Source: Eledone cirrhosa (taxonomy: Eukaryota). Taken from it: a stretch of 64,000 nucleotides of DNA. The stretch is taken from positions 234,174,001 to 234,238,000 of the forward strand of contig OZ024742.1 of NCBI GenBank assembly GCA_964016885.1. Direction: 5' to 3'. Below the pieces are notes generated by a model. That model saw nothing but the letters and a program-made list of their open reading frames with translations, searched no databases and was not told where the DNA came from. A program made the position numbers and the translations under genes. Shown here piece after piece: positions 37,601 to 52,600 of this stretch (positions are counted from its first letter, which is position 1; every line of letters begins with the position of its first letter).

Positions 37601-40600
37601 ACTTGGGAACATTTAAACTTGATCATAGTAATGATATTAGAATTTTAGATGTATAAATTATGTATTATACTGATGTATTTCTTTAATATATATTAAAACA
37701 ATTTGACAGGTTGGTTCAGCAACTGCAATTGGTGAACAACCAATTAAAGGCCTTATCGATCCAGGTTGTGGAGCTCGAATGTCTGTTGGTGAATCATTGA
37801 CCAACTTGGTCTTTGCTTCTGTTACTGCTCTTAAGGTATGTATCAAGGATATTTCTGTATATATTCATATCTATTTAACATTTTAACATCAAGTATGTCA
37901 GTAATTAACTGAAATGTATAATATATAGTGTTGTAGATTCCTTGTGTATGTGAGTTTGTGATTAGTTATATTTCTGATGGGACAACTCTATAGTAAGTAA
38001 AGAGAATATTGAAAAAAGAGAAGCACCACAGCACAAAGCTCCAACACATACAAATTGACAAAATAAATTACCCAAAACTTGAACATAAACACTTCAAATC
38101 CTAACAAAACACAACACAGAAAATTGAAAGTACTGCCATTACCTTCCTATGAAAATGCTCAGCTCCAACAAAGATTTAACCTTACACAGTACAACAAAAG
38201 CATCCAGCACACTAAAACCCAAGCTCCAGCACAAAATACAGTACAACAGCTATTGAAGTTGACAGTTTAAATGGTGATGGTAAGTGCCTAGATGGGATAA
38301 CACTTTTGCCATTCAAGTGAGGTAAACCTTTATTCTGAGACACCACATGCTACAAGGTGTTCTCCACCTCCAACATTGTTGCTGCAGCCACAAACCTTCT
38401 TCTAATGCAGAGGAGAGGAAGATATCCAAATACCAGAACTTAACCAATTGCTTCATTTTTGTGCTGGTCACAACTGAGACCACTGGTGTCCTTGGTTCCT
38501 GAACTGCCATTTTCCTTCACAAAATCGCGAGGAATGCATTCTGCCTAGAAAGGAGTGGCTGATGTAGTGAGTGGCACTGGCTGTTATCTGCGGCAATGTA
38601 TTTGCCATCTTCAGTGTGGATCACAGCTGGGATATACCACCTTAACTGTTCACTTCTCCCTTCCTCCTTCCACTTTTTTTTTCCTTATTTAATTTTTTCT
38701 CTCTTTATTCGTTTTCATCATCATCATTTTTATGTCCACTTTCCCTGATAGCAAGAGTTGGACAGGTTTTCACAGACTGAGTCAGTATTGAAGTGGGACT
38801 ACTCACCTCCCAGTTTCACATCTCACTTACATACAGTTTCACATTCTACCAAGTGCATTTATCATGGCACTGACACTAGAGGAGTTGTCATTTGTTTGAC
38901 ACAACTGATGAGTCTGCCCAACACTAGGGAGGTTGTCATGTCCTTGACACAACTGAAGGGTCCTACCAACTCTTTATTGGGAAAACAGTTTATTATGCAT
39001 GAATAATATTTTGTTCAAATTTTCTGATATTTTCTCTTATGGAGTCTCTATTTCACATGAAAATGTTGTTTTTTTTTGTTATAGGATGTTAAGTGTAGTA
39101 GTAACTGGATGTGGGCTGCAAAATTAGCAGGAGAAGGTGCTGCTCTCTATGATGCATGCAAGTCAATGTGTGATATTATGAAACAACTAGGTATTGCAGT
39201 TGATGGTGGAAAAGATTCACTTAGTATGGCTGCTAGAGTTGGCTCACAAACTATTAAAGCTCCAGGTAATGTTTTTTTTTTTTTTTGTTGCCTTAGCCAT
39301 GACATGAAGTTGATCATCATCATCATCATCATCTAATGCCTGTTAAATTCATATATTTTGCATTTGCCACAGGCTTGTTATTTGTTATTGTTTTCCATAA
39401 ACCCCATGATGATGATGATGGTGGTGTTGGTTGTGGTGGGGTGTGAAGGGACTATATATATATATATATCATCATCATGTGGTACCATATGTAAGCAAGA
39501 TGCAGACTCTCAGCCTGTCTGAGAGGTCAGTACTGACTCAGTCTATGAAGACCCATCCAACCCTTGCTAGCAGATGTTAAATGATAATAATGGTATCCAT
39601 GTATCCTAAAGTCACTCATAAAGTCGTCTGTGTTTTAAACTCCTATTTATATCATTCTAGAAGTCAAATTCTCCGTTTTCCTCTCGGATCGTCAATTAAT
39701 ATTTTATATATTTTTAATATGTCTCTTTCTGTTGGACCCTTCCTAAAAACTAACCTTCTAGTATTGTTATTAAATAATTATTCTAGAACTTTCCTGCATC
39801 TCACTCGCAAACTTTGTAAACACTTTGCTCCTTCTCTCCCCCCCCCCCCCCCCCCCGATCGCAAGTATAAAATAAATCTTGCTGGTTCCCAACGACAGAA
39901 TTTATCTATCAAACTATCTTATGGGCGATCTCTCGATTTTGAGGATGTAAGCAAAACTTGTCTTTTCTTTATTCCGTAGTCTCCTCAATTAAGCAGTGTT
40001 TTAAGCTCTTATTTATATCACTCTAAAATTCAAATTCTCTGTTTTCCTCTCTGATTTTAAATTATTATTTTACATGTTTTACAGGGCGGTGGATTGGCAG
40101 TATCGGTAGAGGGTCGGACGCCATGCTTTCCAGCATAGTTACGTCCCTTTACGATCTGAGTTCAAATCCTGCCGAGGTTAACTTTGCCTTTCATCCTTAC
40201 AGGGTCGATAAAATAAAGTACCAGTAATGCACTGGATAATTGCTGGCCTTGTGCCTAAAGTAGAAACAATTATTTTACATGTTTTTTAATATGTCTCAAT
40301 CTGTTGGACCCTTCCTAAAAACTAAACTTCTCTCAATCTGTTGGACCCTTCCTAAAAACTAAACTTCTCCTAAAGTCACCCATTTCCCGCCCTCCCACCC
40401 CCACATACCACCATTGCTATATGCTCCAATCATAACTCAGCGGCTTTAGTAAGTTCTCTAACAAATCAGTATAGCAAAGCTACCACCCCGGTTACTACTC
40501 CTTAAGTTTAGACCTGTTTGATGGGTTGACTGCGGAAATTTGAAAAGTCTAAGCACTCAATGACAATGTCACAGATAAAGATAAATTCACCTCCCGCTGC

Positions 40601-43600
40601 AAGACAAGAATAAAAGGACCCCTCTTTATTTCAGACACAGATGACCAACAAAATACCGTCTCCCACACCCCTCCCTGCCCCTCCAACCCATCTATCCCAC
40701 CCTCCCAACTTCAGAGTTGGTACCATGAATGTAGGCACATTGAAAGGTCGCTCAAATGAGGTTGTAGAGATGCTTGAACGTAAAGAAGTTGATGTTTGTT
40801 GTATTCAAGAGACTAGGTGGAGAGGGGGGGTCTGCCAGATTCATCGTGGGTAAAAAACGATGCTATAAACTTTTCTGGGTGGGAAATGACAACAGACAGA
40901 GTGGTGTAGGAATTATGTTAGCTGAAAAATGGGTAGATACGGTAATTGACGTAACTAGAGTGTGAATGACAGAATAATTGAATTAAGACTAGTTCTAAAT
41001 AGAACTACTGTGACAATATCTGCTTATGCACCCCAATTTGGTCTACCTGACGTTATAAAGGACAGGTTCTATGAGATGCTAATGCACACTACCTCCCAAA
41101 TAACCAACAGTAACTACTTAATTATTGCTGGCAATCTAAACGGCTACGTTGGACAACATAGTGATGGCTATGATGGAATCCATGGAGGCTGTGGGGTTGG
41201 AAATAAAAATGAGGAGGGCTTAAGAATCCTGGAATTCTGTGACGCAAATAGCCTAACTATCTGTAACACAGACTTAAAAAAACGTGAAAACCACTTGATC
41301 ACCTATAGATCAAGGGAACACGCCAGCCAGATAGATTATATCCTTACTAGAAGATGGGACAAAATGTCTGTTGTAAACACTAAATCCCTCCCCCGTGAAG
41401 AATGCACCTCCCAACATAGCCTAGTAGTTAGTGACCTCATAATCAGGAATAGATGTACTCGACGACAGAGGAGGCCTACCTTGAGGAGAAGAATATGGAA
41501 GTTGAAGGACCCCATAGCCAGTGACAAATTTAAAAGCTTATTACTTGATGCCTTTGACAATAAGGAAGAGCAATTAGAGACGTGCAATATAGAGGAACAG
41601 TGGCAATTCTTGAAAGTGAACCTGCTGAAAGCAACGGATGAAATCTGTGGCTGGAGCAGACCTATAGGCAGGAGGAGAGTAACTTGGTAGTGGAACAGTA
41701 AGGTGGAAGAGACAATCAAGGCCAAAAAGCAGGCTTGGAAAGTATGGCAGGATGGGGGAAGTAGAGAGCACTATCAAGTGGACAGGAGAGAAGCTAGGTG
41801 ACAAGTGTACCTTGCAAAAAGGGTAGCAGAGGATAGAAAGTTCAAGCATGTTCTACAACGTGAAGACCAAAAATGTTAGGTTTTTCAGGATTGCTAAACA
41901 ATGTGTGAAGGAAAACCGTGATATTGTCGAGGAGATGTGTGTCCGTAATGATAATGGTGTACTTGCGCTCACTGATACTGATAAGAAGATAGCCTGGAAG
42001 TGTCACTACGAGAGACTTTTAAGTGAGGAGAATAAATGGGAAAAAGATAGTCTGCCTCAAATCGATCCAATAGAAGGACCAGCAGTGCAAGTTAAAGGTA
42101 ATATAATAAGTAAGGCAATCAAAGATATGAAGACAGGCAAGGCAGCTGGGCCTTCGGAGATAGTTGCTGAGATGTTGAAGGCATCTGGTATGGTGGGACA
42201 CACTATGGTCACCCGTATAGTTAACCAAGTAATACAGAATGGGGTCATACCGAAAGACTGGCGTAGCAGCATCATCATTAACTGCTACAAGGGTAAAGGG
42301 GATGCTCTAGATAGGGGAAACTATAGAGGCATTAAGATAGTTGACCAGGTCTTGAAGGTCACAGAAAGAGTTATAGCGCAACTAATCAGAGAGCGAATTG
42401 ATCTAGATGAAATGCAGTTTGGGTTTGTGTCAGGTAAAAGTACCACAGACGCTCTTTTCCTTGTACGACAACTACAAGAGAAGTACCTAGCTAGTAAACC
42501 CCTCTACTTAGCTTTTGTAGACCTGGAGAAAGCTTTTGACAGAGTCCTCCGCTCCATTATCTGGTGGGCTCTTAGAAAATTAGGTGTAGATGAATGGCTT
42601 GTGAGAGCTATACAAGCTATGTATAATGAAACAGTCAGTAGGGTTAGAATTAACAATGAATATTGTGAAGAATTTAGTGTAAAAGTTGGCGTTCATCAAG
42701 ACTCTGTCCTTAGCCCCCTCTTATTTATTATTGCCCTTCAGGCTATAACAGAGGAATTCAAGACCGGCTGCCCATGGGAACTCCTATACGCAGATGATCT
42801 AACACTCATAGCTGAATCAATGGCTGAACTAGAGAAGAAATTCGAAACATGGAAGCATGGCCTAGAATCAAAAGGCCTTAAAGTTAACTTGTCTAAGACT
42901 AAAGTTCTAGTTTGTAGAAAGGAAAATAGGGCACAGGTGCCCTCAGGGAAAAGGCCATGCTCTGTATAGGAAAGGAGTAGGCAGAAATTCCAAAGTATGG
43001 GTACATAAAAGATGTAGTGGGATCACAGGTAAACTATCTAAGAACGTAGACTTTATATGTGGCCAATGCTCAGGTGCAATAAGTAGCAAGTGTCCAAAGG
43101 ATACTAGCTCCTTCTATTGCCCAGATGGTTCTATAGAAATAGTAGACACTTTCCGTTACCTGGGTGACGAAATCAGCAGTGGTGGAGGGTGTTCTGAAAG
43201 TACAGTAGCCAGAGTCAGAATGGGATGGAAAATGTTCAGAGAGCTTATACCGCTGTTGGCCACAAAAGGTTTCTCTCCAAAAATGAAAGGCAGATTGTAT
43301 GATGCCTGTATATGAACAGCAATACTACATGGCAGTGAGACATGGGCATTACGTGCAGAGGACCTGCGTAGACTGGAAAGGAACAAAGCATGCATGCTCC
43401 GTTGGATGTGTAATAATAATATACGTGAACGGCAAAGCATAAATGAACTAAGTGAGAAATTAGGAATAAGAGGGATCAGATGCTGTTTACTTGAGAGAAG
43501 ACTACGTTGGTATGGTCACGTGATGCGCATGAAAGACGACAGCTGCATAAAAAAGTGCAGGGCGATCAAAATTGATGGTAGTTACGGAGTAGGTAGACCC

Positions 43601-46600
43601 AGAAAAACCTAGGATGATCTGATAAATTCCGACCTCACACACACCTCTCTAAGACAATGTCTCTGGACCGAGTTCTTTGGCGCTACACACTAATACAGAA
43701 GAACCGCCTTGCCTATGTACAAAGCGAAACCTACAGTCAGTAGGCACCTCTTAACCAAATATACACCCCAATCCACTACCCCTACCCAATCCTCCCACTC
43801 CCACCAACAGCACGAGATAATGAGATCGAGATCATGTAGGTGTCACGACAAAAAACACACACAGTCCACGCTGTAATGTGGCCGTGTAGGTAACACGGTA
43901 AAAAGTTCCCAGTTCCACACTGTAAATGTGGTTGGTGTTAGGGAGGGCATCCAGCCATAGAAAACCTGCCAGATAGTCCTATATGAGCGAGACCCGACCA
44001 GCCTTGCCTCAAGTGGGACAACTCCCGTCTAACCCATTGTAGCGTGGAAAATGGACGTTAAACGAAGATGATGATGATGATGATGTATTGTATATATTAT
44101 ATATACAGATAAAGAAGTGCAGGAGGTGGTGCATAAATGGTTGCACGACCAACTGAAAAGCTTCTTGGAGAGAATATGCAAGCTTGTGGACTGCTGGACT
44201 AAGTACATCGAAAAGGAAGAAGACTGTAGAGAAATGACGTACTTGTTTAATCACTGCTTTTGTGTAAATAAATTGACAAAAACAAGAGTGCAGATAATTT
44301 TTTACTTTCTCTCTTGTATATGTATATAGGAGAATTTTGCTTGATGGCTTTGATAGTAAGGAAGAAGAAATAGAGATGTTCAGTATAGAGGAGCAGTGGG
44401 GGTTCCTAAGGGATAACCTTCTGAAAGTGACAAACAAGATCTGCAGAAACCAAGGTCCCAGGGGTGGATGTGGCAAAGACCAAAAGACAGGCATGGAAAA
44501 ATAGAGGTAGCCGGTACCCTTACGAAGAATCTAGAAGAGAGGCTACACAGCAAGTATACCTGGCAAGAAGAGAAGCAGAAAATGAAAAGTTTAAGTATGT
44601 TTTACAATGTGAGGACCAAAAAAGAGAAGTGTTCAAGATTGCAAGGCAATTTGTCATGGAAAACCGTGACGTTATCGGGGAGAAATGCATCCGTAATGAC
44701 AATGGCACACTTGCCGTCACCAACATTGAAAAAAAAGTTACATGGAAATGCCACTATAAGAGGTTGATAAGGAGGAAAACAGCCTGTCCTAAGTGTACTC
44801 AACAGAAAATCCAGCTGTACGAGTAAGCATCAGTCTAGTAAGTAAGGCAATGAAAACATGAAGAGGGGTAAAGCAGCTGGACCATTGTAAACCAGTGACT
44901 TGTCGTAAACCAAGTAATGCAGAATGGTGTCATTCCCAGACTGGAATAGCAGCATCATTGTCAACTGTTACAAAGGTAAAGGAGATGCCCTAGAGAGAAG
45001 TAACTACAGAGGCATAAAGCTGATTAACCAGGTCATGAGAGTTACAGAAAGAGTGATCACACAACTGATTAGAGATCGTATACACTTAGAAAAGATGCAA
45101 TTTGGATTTGTGTTGGGGAAATGCACGACCGATGCCCTCTTCCTTGTGAAGCAAATGCGGAAGTACTTGGCTAAATGCGAGCCGCTCTACTTAGCATTCG
45201 TGAACCTAGAGAAAGCTTTTTAGAGTCATTCCATAATCTGGTGGGCCCTCAGAAAACTAGGAGTAGATGAGTGCCTTGTGAAGGCTATACAAGCCATGTA
45301 TAGGGGAGCAGTCAGCAAAGTTAGGATTAACAACAACTGTAGCAAGGAATTTAGTGTGCAGGTTGGTGTCCACCGGGGCTGTTCTTAGCCTTCTCCTGTT
45401 TATCATCGTACTACAGGCTATGATAGAGGAGTTTAAGGCCAGCTGTCCATGGGAACTCCTGTACACAGATGATCTTACACTCATAACGTAGTCTATGGTG
45501 GAACTAGAGAAGAAATTCTAAACATGGAAGCAGGGCCTAGAAATAAGAGGTCTTAAAGTCAAACTAACAAAGTCTAAGGCCCTCGTAAGTAGAAGAGAAA
45601 ACAGAGCCCTGACGCCCCTGTGGGGTGGTGGTGGCCTTACTCAGTGTGTAAGTAGAAATTCCTTCCTCTGTCCCAAATGCAAACTAAGGGTACACAAGAG
45701 ATGTAGTGGGATCTCAGGAAGTTAAGCTAAAAATGTAGGTTTTACATGTAACTGCTTCACCGGAGCAGTAAGCAACAAATGACAACAGGAAACAAGTGTT
45801 GTCAAATTCCTGGAAGGTTCTACTACTTGGGTGACCAAATTAGCAGCAGAGTTTGGTGTTTTGAAAGTACAATAGCCAGAGTAAGAACGGAATGGAAGAA
45901 GTTCAGAGAGCGACTACCACTGCCAGCTACAACAGGCTTTTCTCTCAAAATGAAAGGCAGACTGTATGATGCATGCTTACAAACAGTAATGTTGCATGGT
46001 AGTGAGACCTGGGCACTATGCAGAAGACTTGCATAAATTGGAAAGAAATGAAGCTTGCCTCCATTGAATGCGTAATAGTAATTTACATGAACGGCAAAGC
46101 ATAAACGAGCTAAGAGAGAAACTAGACATAAGAGGAATCGGATGCACTGTGCAGGAGAGGAGATTGCATTGGTATGAACATGTGATGCATATGAAGGCTG
46201 ACAGCTGTATAAAAAGGTGCAGTGCACTCAAAGTCGATGAAGCCTTGGAGAGCCCCAGGAAGACTTGGGATGAGGTGATAAAAGTTGACTTTGCTCAATT
46301 GCACCTCAAAGACAATGACACAGGACCAAGATCTCTGGCATTATGCAGTAAATCAGAAGACCCGCCTTCCTATCAGCACAGGTTGAAGCTGAAGCATACA
46401 TATATATATCTAGTGAAACCTCCAGCCCACACTTCAAAGTGGTCATGTAGGATTCATGACAAAAAGCACCCAGCAAAGCACTGTAAATCTGGTTGGTGTT
46501 AGGAAGGGCATCCTGCCGTAGAAACCAAACCAAAAACAGGTCTGTGTGAACACGGTCACTTGACCCAACTTGCCTCAAATAGGACATCCTGTCTAACCCA

Positions 46601-49600
46601 TGCTAATGTGGAGAAATGGGCTTTAAATTATGATGATGATGATGATTATATATATATACAATATATATTTTTTGAATATTTTTACTGTTTCAAATATGAT
46701 TTCACTAAATATTTTAGGAACATTGGTTGTGTCTACATATGTTGGATGTCCTGACATTAGACTGACTGTAACACCTGATTTGAAGTGTTCCCGAGGAAAA
46801 GGTCAGATTATTTTCATTTTATTTATATTACTTGTTTATTTTTTAAGCTATTGTAAAGTAGTGACTGTTGAATGTTGCTGGAAAAAGAGGAACTATTTTC
46901 TAGAGGATTGTTTCTTAGTCAGGAATGTTTAGCACAAGTTTGTAATGTAGATTTCTAATAATGGCTAAAAACTGCAAATTTTTTGCATGTGTGGGAGGTG
47001 GGGGGAGTATATCTAACTATTTTGATACCAGGCTGTCTGAAACTGCTCATGGTTCTACAAGGCAAAACTTTATTTAAAGTGTTTTATAATTATTTCTAAG
47101 CCTTCCATCATAATTTTATCTAAAAACCTTTGTTAACTTTGTTAACCAGATTAATAAAAAAGTTATCTTACTAAATCCCTCCAAATTCTTGATTATTTTC
47201 AAATTCTCCCACTTATTTCTGGGAGGGTCATAGGGCTAGTGTCCTTAGACACACCTACCAGAAGGTCCTGTCAGAAGCATCTGTCTCCAATTGCTACAAG
47301 GGCAAAGAAGATGCTCTAGACAGAGAAAACTGTAAAGGCATTAAGTTGGTTGACCAGGTCATGAAAGTCACAGAAATAGTTATCGCACAGTTGATTAGGG
47401 ACTGAATTAAACTAGATGAAATGCAGTTTGGATTTGTGCCAGTTAAAAGTACCATGGATGCTCTCTTCCTCATAAGGCAACTACAGGAGAAGTACCTAGC
47501 TAAAAGTAAACCCGTCTACTTAACTTTTGTTGACTTGGAGAAAGCCTTTCACAGAGTCCCCTGCTCCATTATCTGGTGGGCTCTTAGAAAACTAGGAGTA
47601 GATGAGTGACTTGTGAAAGAATTAACAATGACTATAGTGAAAAATTTAGCATACAAGTAGGTGTTCATCAAGGCTCAGTCCTTAGCCCTCTCCTGTTTAG
47701 TATTGCCGTACAAGTTATAACAAAAAAGTTTAAGACTGGCTGCCCATCAGAAGTTCTATATGCAGATGATCTAACTCTCATAGCTGAATCTATGGCAGAC
47801 CTAGAGAAGAAATTCGAAACCTGAAAGCATGGCCTAGAATCAAAAGGTCTTAAAGTTAACTTAATCGAAAGCACTAAAGTTCTAGTATGTAGAAAGGAAA
47901 ATAGGGCCCAGCTTCCCTCTGGGAAATAAATAGCCTTGCTCAGTGTGCAGGAAAGGAGTAGGTAGAAAGATTGAAAGAAATGAAGCATGCGTGCCCCGAT
48001 GGAAATATAATAGTAATATACACGAACAGTAAAGCGTAAATGAACTGAGAGAGAAATTAGGCATAAGAGGGATCAGAATCGGTATACTAGAGAGGAGATT
48101 GTGTTGATATGGTCATGTGATGCATATGAAGGATGATACCTGTATAAAAAGGTGCAGAGTGATCAAAATTGATGGAAGCTATGGAATAGGAAGACTTGGG
48201 ATGAGGTGATAAAAGCTGAGCTTGCGCAATTGCACCTCTCAAAAACGACACAAGATCTTTAAAATTATGCAATAATACAGAAGACACACCTTCCCATGCA
48301 TACAGACTCAAACATACATCTAGTAGGCACCTCTTAACCACTATACCCACTTCCATACACCTCTTACGCTCCAACACACACTCACTTCTGTTCACACCAC
48401 CGTTATACTATAAAGTCATAATGGTATCACAAAAAAACATCCAGTCCACACTGTAAAGTGGTCGTGTAGGAGTCATGACAAAAAGCATTCAGCAAACACT
48501 ACTAATGTGGCTGGTGTTAGGAAGGACATTCAGCTGTAGAAACCTAGTGAGAAACAGTTCTATGTGAACAAGACACGGTCACCTGACCTGACTTGCCTCT
48601 AATGGGACAACCTGTCTAACCCATGTTAGCGACTCTAAACGATGATGATGATGAAATATCCATATGTGATTGACAGCTGATAAACAGGCGAAACTCCAGA
48701 GTAAGAAGACTCATTATTTAGCCTTAATAAAATGAATATATATATATAATGCTGACATTCAAATGTAGAATTGTTATAAATGATCATTTTACCTGATTTT
48801 CTAATGCTATCATTTATAGCAATTCTGCATTTGGATTTCAACATATCATAAGATATATATATATAATAAAAATAAAAGTTTGTTTGTTAGTCTTTCCCAC
48901 AAAATTTGGCACAGAAATCAAAATCTATCCCACAATATTTTGTGAACTATAATTTTCCAAATCAGCAAAGAAGGAGGTTTTATGAAAAGAGATGTAGAAA
49001 GAATGAATGCTGTTGGAGTAGAAGTGGCAGAGAGAAGAAATAAGCTGCTGAGGAGGAGGTACATAAATATCTGACTATGCTTTTTTTCTCTCTTAAATTT
49101 TCCTTTGCTTTCTCTTAAAAGTGAAAAGAAATTTTCAATCTTTCACTAAATAAATAATTTTGTTTCAGCTTGCTGTTTTTTGTTTGTTTATTTGTTTGTT
49201 TTTTCTGTATTTTGTCCTTTTAATGTGATCAGTTATTCTAGTAATAATTGTTTCTAAGATGGGCACAAGGTTTGCAATTTGAGATGGAGGGGGAAAATCA
49301 ATTAAATTGATCCTAGTGCGTTACTAAAGTCTATCTCAAGCCAGGAACCTTGTCAGGCCCATGCTTATCTTGGTTTTGTGGCGTGAAACAACTGAGAGTA
49401 CAAGACTACCTTCCTGGACAGGATGCCAGTCCATCGCACAGTTAAATCCTCAGCTATTGCTGGCACTCATTTTCAGCTGAATATACTGGAGCAATGTGAA
49501 ATAAGGTGTTTTGCTCAAGAACACAATACACAACCCAGTCCAGGAATGAAACTCATGACATTATGATTGTAAGTCCAACACCCTTACCATTCAGCCACGT

Positions 49601-52600
49601 GTTACTGGTACTTTATTTTATCAACCCTGTAAAGATGCAAAACAAAGCTAATCTCAGCAGGATTTGAACATAAATAGCTGTAACTATATGCCTCAAAGAA
49701 TTTTGTCAGATGCTCTACTTATACTGCGAATCCACTGCCCTTGTGGATTTGAACTCAGACCATAAAGGACCGTAACTCTATGCTGCAAAGCATGGTGTCC
49801 GACTCTCTACCCATACTGCCAATCCACCGGTAATAATGCCATTTAAATTCTCTTTACCCAGGTATTTTAATCCATGTTGATCCCAGCAATGGTCAGCACA
49901 GAATTGGTGGATCAGCCCTTACACAGTGTTTTAAACAATTAGGTAAAGATGTCCCTGACCTTGAAGAACCTGGCATATTCAAATCAATGTTCAATGTAAC
50001 TCAACAATGTATATCAGGTAAATATTATCTATTTTTCATTCTTATTCGTGAAGTTCTCTTTTGACAGTTCTTGTACTTTTATAGCTGGAAACACCTCATT
50101 ATCTTCATCAGTGTTTAGTGTCTATTTTCCATGCATATATGGGTTAGATAGGTTTTTATGTATTGAGGCCAGACTGATCAGGTGACTATGCCTTTCTCAT
50201 AGATTCCACTTTTGGCTTAATTTCTATGGCTGGATGCCAAAGCCAACCACTTTATAGCATGTACTACTAAGAGCATTTTAACATAATTCTCGAACTACCA
50301 TCTTACAGAGTGTACTGTGTGCTTTTTGTTATGGCACCAGTACTACTGCCTTACAGGGCTGACTAGGTGCATTTTGTCATGGCACCAGCACTACCACCTT
50401 AGAGGATGGATTAGGTGCTTTTAATCACGACACCAGCACTATCACTTTACAGTGTGGGCTGTATGTGTTTTGTCATAACACCAGCACCCACTTCCCTGCT
50501 AATAATATATGTATTGCACATCCATTTTTCTCATTTTTTTATTTTTTGTTTTCTATAAAGAACCGATCATCAGATCAAATGAAGGAATCAATGCTTCGAT
50601 TTGTCTTTTAATTGCTGATAGTATCTGCCAATCATAACTCCTCAAAGAAACATCACTGCTTTTCTAGTGAGAGGAATTGAGAACACAAAGAGATTTTAAG
50701 AATTCCGCCACTCTGGACTGAGTTAACCTCTGCAGGATGTGAACTCAGAGTACAGGCGTGGTTGTGTGGTTAAGAAGTTCACTTTAGAACCACATGTGGT
50801 CAGAATGTCTCAGGAAAAAATCGCTGGACAGATTTTACGGGCAAAACCAACCAGCAGGAGACCCAGAGGAAGACCCTGAGCAAGATGGTTGGATAACATC
50901 CTTGAGCTTGGCTTGTCTTGCTTGGTGATCCAGTCGGATCAGTTGGAGACAGTTGTGTCTGACAAGCCCTCTGAAAGGAATGTTTGACGACTCAGCCCCC
51001 ATGAGCCTCTCAGGAATATGTGGGTGAAAAAGAAGAAGAAAGAAGAGTGTCCATATGACTGTCTCCCCACAAGTGTCATGCCAGCACCATTTATAAACCT
51101 GTGATGTCAGTTGTTTTTGTCCTCTACAATCAGTATGTCCTGCAGTGTGATAGATAGTTTGACAAAATGCCATCAGGATATCCCATACTTGGAATAAGGC
51201 ACAGATTGATCTCTGGAAGAACATCTGATACACAAAAATTCTGCCACAAAAAGATCACATCTAATTCATGTAAGTATGGCAAAACAAATGCAAAAATACT
51301 GTTGACGACGATGATGAGGAATGAATTTCTTTTTTTTTTCTTTTGATAATTCCAACATAACTTTGTTTCCATTGATTTACTCTATCTTTAATAAGTGTTG
51401 TAAATTGTCTTACAGATAAATTGATCTGCTCTGGACATGATATTAGTGATGGTGGATTAATTACATGTGCTTTAGAGATGGCTTTTGCTGGCAATCGTAC
51501 TATGCACCTTCATTTCGAAAATACTACAGATGGTAAGTGATTAGATAAAAGACATCAACTTTTTAAATCTTTTGTTATTATCCATCTTTCAGCCATGAAC
51601 CTCTGATAGAGCTGTAGGGATGCTGTTGTGATAAACTGTATGTCTTGAGCATTTAAACCTGGCAGATCCCACTCCACTGCAGGTCTGAACCAAGCTGATT
51701 TTTTCCAAAGTGAGAAAGAGAAAGATGGAGGAAGAATTAGACCCAGTACAGGAATGGTATTTTGTTTATCGACCTTGAAAGGATGAAAGGCAAAGTTGAC
51801 ATTAGAGTGTCAGAGAAATGCTTAGCAATACTAGTTCTGGTTCTTTACATTTTGAATTCAAATCTTGCCGAGGTTTTAATTTTGCCTTTTAGCCTTCTAG
51901 GGTCAATAAAATAAAGTACCAGTAAAAAACTGGAGTCAATATACAAATTACTGACTTTGTGCCTAAATTAGGAATCATAATATAAAAAGGAGGAGTGCGG
52001 GATTGTGTCCAGAATATATTTTTTTATCCCGTTTGTAAAATAAGTTGAATTACTTTGAATAAATAATGAATGAATATTACATAATTTATGTACTAAATTT
52101 CGTAACTCTTGATTAAATATAAATAATTTTATTGTTTATTTCAAGATTCACTTCTTTAAAATTTTCAAATGTCAACACTTCCGGTTAGCGGCCATTATAT
52201 TATAACACTTATTACATCGCTTATATAAATGTTCATATATTTCCATCGTTAATTTTCTCCTAATGCAGTTTATATATAATATCGTCTTTTTTAAATGTAT
52301 CATGGATTACTTTACTGATTACAGAAGAGAGTGTAACACAATCTCTCTTCAATTTCTGTGCATATTCTCAATTACAATTTTATTTGACATATCATATCTA
52401 AATGCATATATATTTCCATATAATAATATGCACACTACACATGCTAGCAGAAAACCACTCGAAGGGTGGTTTTTCTGCTAATTATTATAAAGATTTTAAA
52501 ATATTTCTTACAACAGTTCATTACTACAAAAGAAGATATTTTTAATGGAATGAATTTATACACGGATCAATTTGTTTTCATTTCTTCTAGCTCCTACTCT

